From the IMG/VR virus record IMGVR_UViG_3300034104_003795, positions 124,001 through 188,000 of that record: DNA of 64,000 nt. One strand, 5' to 3'. The notes beneath the pieces are model-generated. The model ran no database searches, had not been told where the DNA came from, and saw only the letters and a program-made list of their open reading frames with translations. Positions 9,647 through 19,687 of this stretch are shown piece by piece. The position numbers and the translations under genes were made by a program. Numbering within the stretch: position 1 is the first letter of the stretch; each line of letters begins with the position of its first letter.

Positions 9647-11212
9647 TTATCGTATTTTAAACCCAATACCAGAAAATGATATGTTTGTAGCGGAAAATGT
9701 TTTTTCAGAATTAAACTTATTATATAACACCTTTAAACTACCACCCTTTAAACTTCTATAATTTGTCCAATCGTTGTTCACACCGGTATCGTATATCGCA
9801 GTACCTGCATTTGCTAATATTGCCGATTTTAATTGTGCAGGTGTTAATCTAGGATTTGCTTCTAAAAACAAAGCACATACACCTGCTACTTGTGGAGATG
9901 CCATAGATGTACCACTAATATTACATTGTTTATATGATGCGTTTAAGTAATAGGATTGTCCACTAAATCTATTTGTATTTGAACATGCACTCATAATATC
10001 GGTACCCGGTGCGTATATTGTTACACCTGGACCTGTTTCCGATGATGTTGATTTTTGGTCATTATTTGTATCATAAACCGTACTATCAATATTACCAACA
10101 ATAAACGCTTCATCATCAAACGGAGAAGAACCTCTATGATAATAAGTTGCACCAGTACCATCGTTATAATAATTATTATAATCTGTCCCACTAGGAACAT
10201 CAATTTTATGAGAACGATTACCAGCTGCTATACATACTATAATTCCAGCATCAATCATTTCTTGAATATCAGTATCAACCGATGATATTCTTACATTTGA
10301 TATAGATGATGCCGCTGACATTAATCCAAAATTATTTATTCTTTCAGTATTAGTATCAATAGATGCTCCCGTATATGATGTTCCTCTATAATTAATTTCG
10401 GTTAATGCTGCAAATGAAGTGTAATATCCCCAACTCATATTAACTACGGTTGGTCTTTTTACACCTGTTGTAAAATTCAATGACTTATTATTATGCCAAC
10501 CTTTAATCGCATCAAATGCATATGTTGTAGAAATACCAGTACCACTATCGCCACTTCCCTCTAATCCACTTATTTTTTGAGCATATACTCTTGCCTTTTT
10601 GGCCCAACCATATGTTTTACCCGCAGCTATACCGGCACAATGTGTACCATGTCCATCAAAATCTCTATAATGATTTGCATTTTGTGTGAATGAAACTCCA
10701 CTTTCACTTGACCAGTTAATTTGTTGTACTCTACTTACTCCATTTTCATCTTGAAATTCCGGATGGTCTACTTGTAATCCACTATCTTGAATTACTACAT
10801 CCACACCGTCACCGGTTAATGTATAATTATAGTTCAAAGTAGTAGTTGTTCCACTGGCATATACATTTGAGGTAGAATTACATCGTATCAATCCCCAATT
10901 GATATAAGTACCACTATCGGATGTTGTTTTTGTAAAATCACCTGTTTGAATTGCACGATGTCCTATTTGAATATCAGTTCTATGTTCAGGTGGAATCTCT
11001 ACAGCCAGCACTCTATCATCTAATTTTAATTGCTCAGCTTCTTCATCTGTCAGCATGTACCAACATTGACGTAAAGATGTAGGTCTTTCGTTTGTAAATT
11101 CTACTCTACGATTTGGAATGTAAAGTTTGCCACCATCGGTATCACTTTCTATATCATTCCAAAACCCATCGTAATCTACATCCTTTTTTAAGATAACGTT
11201 ATATTCTCTCAT
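9647..11212 (-). CDS. Subtilisin-like S8 serine protease with N-terminal prodomain
   Basis: Catalytic triad motifs VVIQDSG, HGTHCAG and GTSMASPQVAG. Confidence 0.92.
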   Translation of the reverse strand: MREYNVILKKDVDYDGFWNDIESDTDGGKLYIPNRRVEFTNERPTSLRQCWYMLTDEEAEQLKLDDRVLAVEIPPEHRTDIQIGHRAIQTGDFTKTTSDSGTYINWGLIRCNSTSNVYASGTTTTLNYNYTLTGDGVDVVIQDSGLQVDHPEFQDENGVSRVQQINWSSESGVSFTQNANHYRDFDGHGTHCAGIAAGKTYGWAKKARVYAQKISGLEGSGDSGTGISTTYAFDAIKGWHNNKSLNFTTGVKRPTVVNMSWGYYTSFAALTEINYRGTSYTGASIDTNTERINNFGLMSAASSISNVRISSVDTDIQEMIDAGIIVCIAAGNRSHKIDVPSGTDYNNYYNDGTGATYYHRGSSPFDDEAFIVGNIDSTVYDTNNDQKSTSSETGPGVTIYAPGTDIMSACSNTNRFSGQSYYLNASYKQCNISGTSMASPQVAGVCALFLEANPRLTPAQLKSAILANAGTAIYDTGVNNDWTNYRSLKGGSLKVLYNKFNSEKTFSATNISFSGIGFKIR

Positions 11213-11218
11213 ATTTTA

Positions 11219-14200
11219 TTAATGCAATTGTACCCAAGCCCCATTCGCGTATCCCATAAATTTATGAGTAGTTGAATTGTATATCATATCTCCATTCGCA
11301 GGAGTTAAACTTCCAGTTTGTACATCAGTAAATGTTGCCATTCTCATTGGTGATTGCGTTACAATTACCGCAGTACCAGCTGTTAAGTTTAAGTTAGTTG
11401 CCGATGTTATTTCAGGTGTACCGGTTGCATATATGTTAAATCCAGATGCACTTATCGCACCACTAACAAACATAGAACCTGTTAGTTTCATTTCTGCTCC
11501 ATCGAATGTGAGAGTATTACTTACAAATAATCTTTCAGGTGAATTTTCGTATCTAACTAACCCATTATTTACACTTCCAGTTACAGCTAATAGGGATGCA
11601 ACTCCAGAAGTTCCAGATGTACCATTCGTACCAGATGTGCCATCAACACCACTTGTACCAGTCACACCAGATGTACCAGATGAACCAAATGCAGTACCGT
11701 CTAAACCATTTTTACCAGATGAACCAGACGTACCATCAGAACCATTTGCTCCAGGTGCACCATTTGTTCCAGATGTACCACCACTACCAGCAGTTGCTCC
11801 TGCTGCGGTTAAACCACTTGTACCAGAAGTTCCAGAGCTACCACTAGTACCCATAGTACCGTTTTCTCCATTTAATCCCGATGAACCAGATGAACCAATA
11901 AATGTTCCATCTTTACCAGATGTACCAGATGACCCAAAAAATCCAGATATACCAGATGTACCGGAAGTACCATCTGAACCATTTACACCAGATGTTCCAT
12001 CTTTACCAAATCCAGATGAACCAGATGTACCAGATGAACCAACAAATGTTCCATCTTTACCGGAAGTACCGGATGTACCATCTTTACCAGATGAACCTGC
12101 ACTACCCGCACCACCACCGGTTCCTGCGGTGATTGTTATATGTCCACTACCAGGTGTATTAGTTACAACCGCCCCACCGGTAAATGTTATTTGATTTACA
12201 CCACTAATAGATGTAGGTCCAACATCATCATTTATTGTTAATGCAATAGATGTACCAGAACTACCACTTGAACCGGATGTACCGGCTGTTCCACCTATAC
12301 CAGTTATTCCAGATGAGCCAGATGTACCATCGGTACCAGGTGCCCCAATACCATTAAGTCCAGATGTTCCAGATGAGCCATCTTTACCAGATGTACCAGA
12401 TGTACCGCCACTTCCACTTACTCCTGCGGTTCCAGATGAACCAGAAGTTCCACCACCACCATCTTTACCAGATGTACCAGAAGTACCATTTGAACCCCCA
12501 CCGCCTACACCACCGGCTACAGTAAGTGCAACGGTACCGCCACCACTATTCGTAGCACGAATTGTATTATCCAATGTTAATGTGGTTGTTGCAGCTGCGG
12601 AGAATGAACCACTATTAATTGTAAGTCCACCACCACCACCACCGGTTGTTATAGTTACTTGTCCGCCACCATCATCTGCAACAACGGCTCCATTGAATCG
12701 TATTGTACGAACTGAACCAAAAGAACTACCACCTTGTTGAGATACTGTTATCGCTCCAAATGAAGATGTAGCTATTATTCTAGATATATCATTAACTCCA
12801 CCAACCCAAGCATATCCTTGTGGAAGTGAAGCAGATAAAGGTCCACTTACTTGTAGAGAACCTGTAATTTGTATATTATTTGTTGTTGCGAATACCGAAC
12901 CGGTTGCCGCAAATATTCCAGTACCACTACCAGCACTACCAAATGAAGATGTTGCTACTAAAATTGTTCTATTATTAGGACCACCTACCCAAGCATATCC
13001 TTCTCTTAAAGATGAAGTAATTGAACCACTAATATTCAAATTTTTACCAAATGTAACATCAGCATCGTCAAATGCAACTGCTTCAAAGGTTCTAAAATGT
13101 AGTTCATGATAGAGATTACCAGCTTTTGTATAAAGTTCTCCTTTGGCATTAGTACTTTTATCAGTCCACAATATTGAAGAATTTTCTTCCTGTGCTCCTC
13201 TAGAATCAGAACCTAAATCTAAAATTTGAACGGTAGGACCATACAACATACCACCATATTGTGTTTTACCAATTCGTATAGAACCGGTAATATGCAGAGA
13301 ACCACTAATATGTGCAGAACCAGTATAAGGGAATACAGTTGTTGTTAAACCAGATGTTCCCGCAGTTCCACTTATTCCAGATGAACCAGATGAGCCAGAA
13401 GTTCCAGATGAACCAGAGCTTCCAGAAGTTCCTGATGAACCACTTGTACCATCTAAACCGGTTGTACCATCTTTACCGGATGTACCAGAAGACCCACTTG
13501 AACCAGATGTTCCAGAACTACCACTACTTCCAGATGTACCAGATGAACCAGAAGTTCCAGATGAACCAGAGCTTCCAGAAGTTCCAGATGAACCACTTTG
13601 ACCAGGTGCACCTGCCGTATTTATATACCATGAAGTTATACCAGTACCACTACCTGATGTAGTTGTTATATTAACCACTAAATCACCTGTACCGCTGTTA
13701 TAAGATGTTACAGTTCCTTCTAATACATTTGATGCATTTTCAGAAATAATAATAGCCTGTCCAGGAGTCCATTGTAATCCAGTTCCTATTGTGAAATTTT
13801 TAGAACCAGTGCTTATATTGTTTGAAGTACTCGATGTTGATGAGAATCTATCACCATTTTGTCCAGAAGTTCCAGATGAACCCGATGAACCAGATGTACC
13901 ATCTTTACCAGATGTACCAGATGAACCGCTACTACCAGATGTTCCAGATGAACCGGAAGTACCACTCTCTCCAGAAGTTCCAGATGAACCTGAACTTCCA
14001 GAAGTTCCAGAACTACCACTACTTCCTGATGTGCCATCTTTACCAGATGTACCAGAAGAACCGGATGTACCTGAACTTCCTGATGTGCCATCTTTACCGG
14101 AAGTACCAGAAGAACCACCACTACCAGCAGTACCAGCAGGTCCACTAGCTATTGAAGTTGTTTTTCCTATTGTTTTTGTAGAACTATTGTAAACTAATAC

Positions 14201-14470
14201 TTCACTTGCAACAGCATCGGTTGAAATATTATCAAATCTTAAACTACCAGAAATTAAAACACTACCAGTAAATTGTCCGCTTAATTGTCCACTTAAAGTT
14301 GATAGATTCGATACGGATGAAGATACTGATGTTAATGTTGAATTTAAATTATCAGTTGTTGTATATAATGTATTTACGGAACTTGATACGTTTTCTAAAA
14401 TCGTCAAGTTGGCATCCATTTCTGCCGCCGTTAAGGGACTACCCTTTGGTATTCTTTTTATTATTGCCAT
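11219..14470 (-). CDS. Gly/Ser/Thr-rich collagen-like fibre protein (probable virion fibre)
   Basis: Long Gly-X-Y runs (GTS GSS GKD) separated by repeated TGSxxITGS-type fibre segments; C-terminal GDMIYNSTTHKFMGY. Confidence 0.7.
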   Translation of the reverse strand: MAIIKRIPKGSPLTAAEMDANLTILENVSSSVNTLYTTTDNLNSTLTSVSSSVSNLSTLSGQLSGQFTGSVLISGSLRFDNISTDAVASEVLVYNSSTKTIGKTTSIASGPAGTAGSGGSSGTSGKDGTSGSSGTSGSSGTSGKDGTSGSSGSSGTSGSSGSSGTSGESGTSGSSGTSGSSGSSGTSGKDGTSGSSGSSGTSGQNGDRFSSTSSTSNNISTGSKNFTIGTGLQWTPGQAIIISENASNVLEGTVTSYNSGTGDLVVNITTTSGSGTGITSWYINTAGAPGQSGSSGTSGSSGSSGTSGSSGTSGSSGSSGTSGSSGSSGTSGKDGTTGLDGTSGSSGTSGSSGSSGTSGSSGSSGISGTAGTSGLTTTVFPYTGSAHISGSLHITGSIRIGKTQYGGMLYGPTVQILDLGSDSRGAQEENSSILWTDKSTNAKGELYTKAGNLYHELHFRTFEAVAFDDADVTFGKNLNISGSITSSLREGYAWVGGPNNRTILVATSSFGSAGSGTGIFAATGSVFATTNNIQITGSLQVSGPLSASLPQGYAWVGGVNDISRIIATSSFGAITVSQQGGSSFGSVRTIRFNGAVVADDGGGQVTITTGGGGGGLTINSGSFSAAATTTLTLDNTIRATNSGGGTVALTVAGGVGGGGSNGTSGTSGKDGGGGTSGSSGTAGVSGSGGTSGTSGKDGSSGTSGLNGIGAPGTDGTSGSSGITGIGGTAGTSGSSGSSGTSIALTINDDVGPTSISGVNQITFTGGAVVTNTPGSGHITITAGTGGGAGSAGSSGKDGTSGTSGKDGTFVGSSGTSGSSGFGKDGTSGVNGSDGTSGTSGISGFFGSSGTSGKDGTFIGSSGSSGLNGENGTMGTSGSSGTSGTSGLTAAGATAGSGGTSGTNGAPGANGSDGTSGSSGKNGLDGTAFGSSGTSGVTGTSGVDGTSGTNGTSGTSGVASLLAVTGSVNNGLVRYENSPERLFVSNTLTFDGAEMKLTGSMFVSGAISASGFNIYATGTPEITSATNLNLTAGTAVIVTQSPMRMATFTDVQTGSLTPANGDMIYNSTTHKFMGYANGAWVQLH
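11580..14130 (-). repeat. Degenerate 9-nt-period coding repeats (GTS/GSS/GKD triplets) in several blocks
   Basis: Recurrent plus-strand units such as ccagatgaa, ccagatgta and ccagaagtt, around 11.6-12.5, 13.35-13.6 and 13.86-14.13 kb. Confidence 0.85.
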
Positions 14471-14534
14471 GGTTTTATTCTACTTGTGTGTAATTACACA
14501 AATAAATATAAATAAATGGAAGAAATAAACACTT

Positions 14535-15053
14535 TTAAGGATTTTCCGGTTTAGGGGGAGATTGCTTTGGTTTTGGTATCTTAAGAAACTTTAAAAAGTC
14601 ATCAGTAATAAACTTAACTTCCTTTATGGATTTCACATTATTAAGTAAATAGGTTCTATATGTACCAGGCTGATGTTCATATATTCCATGTCTTTTTAAT
14701 TCTTGAAATGTTTTTGAACCAATCTTATTATCGGGTGACAACAACTCATCTAAAGTATTTTTTTCTGCAATTTCTTTAATTTCATCGTATTTCAATCCCC
14801 TTTTTAAATTCAACTTTAGCCAATGAAAGAATTTTTCAGGTCGCGCTTCACTTATCTTTATACAATGTAGTACTTTATCAGGTGTAATACTAATTAAAAA
14901 AATAATAGCACTTTGAGGCCCATTAAACGAAGTAAGTTTTCCACCAACATACTCATACGAAACTATTTTATAAATTCGTCTTGGAGTTAGTTTTGTTTTA
15001 GGAACTATGGATTCTCTTTGTATCAGCCTATTATATAAGTTTCCGTATGGCAT
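14535..15053 (-). CDS. Hypothetical protein
   Basis: 172 aa ORF abutting the upstream GT4 gene; no recognised motif. Confidence 0.65.
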   Translation of the reverse strand: MPYGNLYNRLIQRESIVPKTKLTPRRIYKIVSYEYVGGKLTSFNGPQSAIIFLISITPDKVLHCIKISEARPEKFFHWLKLNLKRGLKYDEIKEIAEKNTLDELLSPDNKIGSKTFQELKRHGIYEHQPGTYRTYLLNNVKSIKEVKFITDDFLKFLKIPKPKQSPPKPENP

Positions 15054-16357
15054 TAACCTATTTTATTAAGTTTTGGTAATTGAATTTTTTGACTATTTAC
15101 TGTAGGTGCGTTAAATGGAACTACTTGAGGTGCTCTTTTTACATAAGTATTAAGTATTTCTTCAAATCTTTCCGTCATTTTTTCTAAAGTAAAACTTTTA
15201 AGAGTATTTTCTCTTAATCTAACGGATTGTGACTTATATGTGTTATAGTTCTTATATACATCATATAATTTATTTGCCGCATTTGAATAGTGTACCGTAA
15301 ACCATTGTGCTTCTTTCATACAAAACTGGTCTGCTGCTGAATCGTGTACATTTGTCAACGAACCCTCTAATAAAACCGCATGTTCTTTTGGTAAGAAATC
15401 GGTATGTCCACTCCAACCACTAGCTATAATTGGTTTACCCGTCAAACTAAATTCAGCCATAGGTCTACCATACCCTTCACCCTTCGCAAATGATACCATT
15501 GCTTTAACCTTCGGATGATGGTATAGATTACTCATATCGCTTTCTTCCATATCACCATGAAGTAAATAAATAGGTGGACACTTATCACCAAAACTCTTTA
15601 TAACTTCTTCAATTTTCTTTCTAGTAGCTTCTCTATCCATTACACTAAATCCGGCATGCGATGTCTTTATGATAAGAGCTGGTTTGTTTTCTTTGGTATA
15701 TTGGAATACGGTTGCAAATGTTTTAATTGCCATACCAATATCTTTTCTATCTTGTCCCAAGTCTCCTTTCAACCAATGTCCAACAACTAAAAAACAAAAA
15801 TCTTCTTTTATATTTTCTAAAATATCAGTATTTGTTTTAGATGGTACGGATGATTCAAATATATCGGTATCAACTCCTTCAAAAAGCACTTCAATTGGCT
15901 TTACAACTCTAATTTCACCAACTATTTCATCAGTTTGTTGATTTTTTTGTTGATAAACAGTTCCACCTAAATTTTGTCTTGTGAAATGAGATGGTACTAA
16001 TATCAAATCCATTTTGTTAGAACCATCAATGAAATCTTTTGGAGCGATTGTAGTTTCAACACCGGCAGTTATACCAATATTATAGTGCCCTTTTGGTTCA
16101 AATTCATTTGCTACCGAAACTTGCATAAACACATCCGGCTTTTGTTCTACTACTCCTACAACTCTTTCAAGCATCCATCTACCAAATTCATCTTGGTCAG
16201 TTACTTGATTTTGTGGAGTGTTACCCCAACGAAGTGGGATAATCTTAATATCATATTTATCCATTTTGCGTAGTGATTTCATCAAATCTCTACAATGGTC
16301 CCCATATCCACTTCTCGTAAAAATAGGTCCCTGAAATACTAATGTTGGTTTACTCAT
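15053..16357 (-). CDS. GT4-family glycosyltransferase
   Basis: SGYGDH, DRKDIG and KGEGYGRPMAE..GKPIIASGWSGHTDF (EGxGxPxxE motif). Confidence 0.85.
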   Translation of the reverse strand: MSKPTLVFQGPIFTRSGYGDHCRDLMKSLRKMDKYDIKIIPLRWGNTPQNQVTDQDEFGRWMLERVVGVVEQKPDVFMQVSVANEFEPKGHYNIGITAGVETTIAPKDFIDGSNKMDLILVPSHFTRQNLGGTVYQQKNQQTDEIVGEIRVVKPIEVLFEGVDTDIFESSVPSKTNTDILENIKEDFCFLVVGHWLKGDLGQDRKDIGMAIKTFATVFQYTKENKPALIIKTSHAGFSVMDREATRKKIEEVIKSFGDKCPPIYLLHGDMEESDMSNLYHHPKVKAMVSFAKGEGYGRPMAEFSLTGKPIIASGWSGHTDFLPKEHAVLLEGSLTNVHDSAADQFCMKEAQWFTVHYSNAANKLYDVYKNYNTYKSQSVRLRENTLKSFTLEKMTERFEEILNTYVKRAPQVVPFNAPTVNSQKIQLPKLNKIG

Positions 16358-16360
16358 AAC

Positions 16361-17746
16361 TTATTTAATTTTGAACACTTCAAATCTTTTTCTTGGTTTC
16401 CAATTCTCAAACACATCTTCAATCCCATCTATTAATTGTTGGGCCATATTGATATGTGTTAATCCCGCTTCATTGATAAAAAACTCTCTACCAATTAATG
16501 CGTTTGCTTTTCTTTCTTCTTTTGGTGTATTGTATGATTTAGCAATTGCTTGTGCAACATCTTCTATATCAACTCTATCATCCCAAATATACGGTGTTGG
16601 TACTGAACCTGCTAATGCTTGTGCTCTACTCCATACCGGATACGCCCAAGGACCAGGTTCTGCTTTACCTTCCCATTTTCTCCATTCATGTAAAGAACCA
16701 ATCTTAATATAATCATCTGCAACCAATACATTACCTTCAACTTTAAATCCACATTGGTCTTGCAATCCACCGGTTACGTTTACAATGATTGGAGTTCCAG
16801 CCATTATCGATTCTGCGGTTGCTAATCCAAATCCTTCGTTGTTAGCAATATTGATTGTTACATCTGCTATATTATAGTTCCAATTCAATTCTTGTTGAAC
16901 TCTTCTTTTTTCAGAAAAACGGATATTAATACCAGGTGTAAGTTCTTCAATTACAGCATACAAGTCAGTTCCATTTTCATCAACAGGCTGTGTATGCATT
17001 AATAAAAGACATTTATCCGCTTTATCTTTACCAATAATCTCACAAAATCTTTTATATGCCATTATTACATCGGCCGGTTGTTTTCTGCGAATATTTCTAT
17101 TACTCCAATACAATACAAAATCATATTCTTTACCACCTAAAATTTCATTACGATATTCCGCAGGTACTTCGGTTGGTTTGTAGATATCAGTATTAATACC
17201 GTGTGGTACATACTTTACTTGCCAATCTTTTAGAGGTCTCCATGTTACTTTATCGGTTCTAGAAGTAATTCTTTTTATAATACCATATGTTTGTCTTGAT
17301 ATACATCCAATCCAATCACAACTTTCATAATAATCTCTATTATACATTGGGTCTGGTAAATCATCCCAAATTGCGTAGAAAAGAATTGGAATATTTTGTC
17401 TGATTTCGTGTTCGATATCATACAACCATGTCCAATAACGAGGGTCAGTAAAGTGTAAGATTGCATCTGGGTTTTCTGAATTAATAATCTGCCTTAACAA
17501 ATCAGCATTTCCATACCCATTCCAAGGAAGTATTTTTAAACTAGCATCTGCTACTCCATAATTTTTTTGTATATCTTCGCTAACATCCAAAACCTTACCT
17601 TGTTCAGGATGGTTAATTGCCGCTCCAACTTGATACCAATCGTATTTGTGTATCGTACCCAATACGAATTCTTTTGACATTGTGGCTATACCACTTGCCA
17701 TTCTTAAATCATCCGAAAGTAATAGGATTTTTTTCTTTTTTGCCAT
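16361..17746 (-). CDS. GT4-family glycosyltransferase
   Basis: NRNIRRK and NEGFGLATAESIMAGTPII..TGGLQDQ. Confidence 0.87.
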   Translation of the reverse strand: MAKKKKILLLSDDLRMASGIATMSKEFVLGTIHKYDWYQVGAAINHPEQGKVLDVSEDIQKNYGVADASLKILPWNGYGNADLLRQIINSENPDAILHFTDPRYWTWLYDIEHEIRQNIPILFYAIWDDLPDPMYNRDYYESCDWIGCISRQTYGIIKRITSRTDKVTWRPLKDWQVKYVPHGINTDIYKPTEVPAEYRNEILGGKEYDFVLYWSNRNIRRKQPADVIMAYKRFCEIIGKDKADKCLLLMHTQPVDENGTDLYAVIEELTPGINIRFSEKRRVQQELNWNYNIADVTINIANNEGFGLATAESIMAGTPIIVNVTGGLQDQCGFKVEGNVLVADDYIKIGSLHEWRKWEGKAEPGPWAYPVWSRAQALAGSVPTPYIWDDRVDIEDVAQAIAKSYNTPKEERKANALIGREFFINEAGLTHINMAQQLIDGIEDVFENWKPRKRFEVFKIK

Positions 17747-17760
17747 AACTTATTTTTTCA

Positions 17761-17961
17761 TTAAAATTGTGAACCTGAAATTTGTAGTTTTAAGTATTCG
17801 TTCATTTCTTTTCTAAATTCTTCGTCAGAAACATATCTTTCAACAGTTCGGTTTACCAATTTTTGAAGGGTAACATCGGAATCAAAAGATACTTTTTTAA
17901 ATGATGAATATACATCTTTCAAGATTTTCACAGTTGTTAGCTTTGTGTTTTCTTGATTCAT
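17761..17961 (-). CDS. Small protein, possible ribbon-helix-helix DNA-binding regulator
   Basis: KLTTVKI beta-strand pattern followed by two amphipathic helices; 66 aa. Confidence 0.5.
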   Translation of the reverse strand: MNQENTKLTTVKILKDVYSSFKKVSFDSDVTLQKLVNRTVERYVSDEEFRKEMNEYLKLQISGSQF

Positions 17962-18019
17962 TGTAATATCGTTTTATATATTTGTATATATAAGTATATA
18001 GAAAATAAAAAAACGAAAA

Positions 18020-18886
18020 TTAAGGTTTACCATCACATATCCCTCTATTCATAAATTCGCACCATTTACAATTCTTTTTGTTATTGCCAGGTACTTTTGG
18101 GAATGGGATATCTTTGAAATTTCCATCATCATCAAAAACGGTATTAATAAATTCCATAAATTCATCATACACTTTGTTTACCGATGGTGTTCCATTTGGC
18201 GGAATATGTTTTGATATGTAAGGAATTGGAAATGCAGAATCTTCAGGAAGTTTTCTTCTCATAATTTGATATTCCACTTTGATTTTAGTCATTGGAATAT
18301 TAAACAATTCTGAATAATATTTTTTATACAAAAGAATTTGAGAGTTTTTCAATTTATCAGCCTTTTGATATTGATTCCATCCCATTGTTGAAGTTTTAAG
18401 GTCAACAATTATAATTGAGTTTTCCGCTAAATCTCTCAATACAATATCAATGAATCCAATAAAGTGTACACCGTTTTTAATAGTTGCATTTAAAGGAATT
18501 TCAATACCAACTAATTCATATCCACTTTTAGAATAAAATTTACTACAATATTTTTTAAACCAAGTTAATATTCTTCTACCATCTCCATAGAATTCTTCTA
18601 ATTCTATTTGAGTACAAGGTGTACCTTCGGTAAGAGATTCTTTTTCTTTAGTAAAAGCATCTTTTATTTTTTCTAAAAGAAGTTTATCTAAATCAATTTC
18701 ATCTGCCTGCTTTTTTGAAACACCATACATAACCGAAAGGTAATGTTGAATTGTTTCGTGCATTCCAGTACCGAAGATTGTGTGAATGTTGCCAGAACTT
18801 TCACCTAACTTATCTATGTAATTTAACTTATATTGTTGAGGGCAGCTACTCCACATTGAGTACTGCGAAAATGATACTTTTGCCAT
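18020..18886 (-). CDS. Cas4/AddB-like PD-(D/E)XK exonuclease
   Basis: SFSQY..CP, GFIDIV, VDLKT, QILLY and C-terminal CKWC..C (probable Fe-S ligands). Confidence 0.85.
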   Translation of the reverse strand: MAKVSFSQYSMWSSCPQQYKLNYIDKLGESSGNIHTIFGTGMHETIQHYLSVMYGVSKKQADEIDLDKLLLEKIKDAFTKEKESLTEGTPCTQIELEEFYGDGRRILTWFKKYCSKFYSKSGYELVGIEIPLNATIKNGVHFIGFIDIVLRDLAENSIIIVDLKTSTMGWNQYQKADKLKNSQILLYKKYYSELFNIPMTKIKVEYQIMRRKLPEDSAFPIPYISKHIPPNGTPSVNKVYDEFMEFINTVFDDDGNFKDIPFPKVPGNNKKNCKWCEFMNRGICDGKP

Positions 18887-18900
18887 TTGTTTTATTTATA

Positions 18901-18932
18901 TAAAGATACGAAAAAATGGTGATATTACCAAA
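18901..18932 (-). promoter_or_regulatory. Bacteroidota-type promoter (variant -7)
   Basis: TTTG-N20-TATCTTTA upstream of the nuclease gene. Confidence 0.5.
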
Positions 18933-19382
18933 TTAAAGTTTGAGTTTTAACTTGGTAATTAACTTGGGTTCTGTACCATATGCTTCAGCAATTCTTTTGA
19001 TTTCTTCTCTACCGGTGGTACTTTCATATAATATATCAAGATATTCAGATGCTTCTTTTGTAGAAACTTCGTACCATTTAGCTACCAAATCAATAATCCA
19101 TTGTTCATAATCTTTTACCGATTTGCCCTTCATATAACGAAGATAAGTTTTACCCTTTGGTATAACACCAATAAGTGCTTTATAAACTGCTTTTGGTGGT
19201 GCTTCTTGAATATAGGGTTGTATTTCTGCTATCATCTCTATCCAATCAGGATTCATAGACATATAGCGAAGAATTAACCAGTTACTCCAAGTCTTTTTAT
19301 CAGTATCATCTAGCTTATCCCAATACTTTGGGTCCTGGTCTTTTGTAATTGCGTTGATATGGTCAAATAATCCTTTAGGCAT
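18933..19382 (-). CDS. Clamp loader small subunit (T4 gp62-like), probable
   Basis: LFDHINAI...WLILRYMSM pattern; lies just downstream of the clamp loader ATPase. Confidence 0.6.
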   Translation of the reverse strand: MPKGLFDHINAITKDQDPKYWDKLDDTDKKTWSNWLILRYMSMNPDWIEMIAEIQPYIQEAPPKAVYKALIGVIPKGKTYLRYMKGKSVKDYEQWIIDLVAKWYEVSTKEASEYLDILYESTTGREEIKRIAEAYGTEPKLITKLKLKL

Positions 19383-19686
19383 TTGTATCTAAATCTAATG
19401 AGCGAGTTTCCGCTGCGGTTAATTTATCTTTTTGTTCTAATGCTCTTAATTCAAGAGGTTTAAGTGGTTCAAATTCTTCGCCACAACTTCCACATATAAC
19501 CAAATCAAATGGAATAACCATATCCTGTGCTCCACCAAATGATAATTTTGATAATCTTCTTACTTTTATAGTTGATATAAATTTATCATATCCACAATTT
19601 TCACATACCATAGGTAACGATTGTGAAATATCTACTTTAGGTTGAGGCATTTGTGGAACTTCACCTTGTCCAATAATGTTTGCCAT
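19375..19686 (-). CDS. Zn-ribbon hypothetical protein
   Basis: CENCG...CGSCG pairs. Confidence 0.6.
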   Translation of the reverse strand: MANIIGQGEVPQMPQPKVDISQSLPMVCENCGYDKFISTIKVRRLSKLSFGGAQDMVIPFDLVICGSCGEEFEPLKPLELRALEQKDKLTAAETRSLDLDTNA

Positions 19687-19687
19687 A

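Noticed and set aside
11580-14130. Repeat blocks as a CRISPR array or DGR template
   Set aside because: The repeats are in-frame 9-nt coding units without unique spacers. There is no reverse transcriptase and no adenine-specific template/variable pair.
11277-14192. Plus-strand PDVPDEP-rich and alternative-frame Q/M/H-rich ORFs
   Set aside because: They are shadows of the GTS/GSS coding repeats, which lack stops in other frames. They have no independent start or promoter signals.
18020-18886. Cas4-like gene as a sign of a CRISPR system
   Set aside because: No repeat-spacer array or other cas gene is visible. Solo Cas4-like nucleases are common in phage replication modules.
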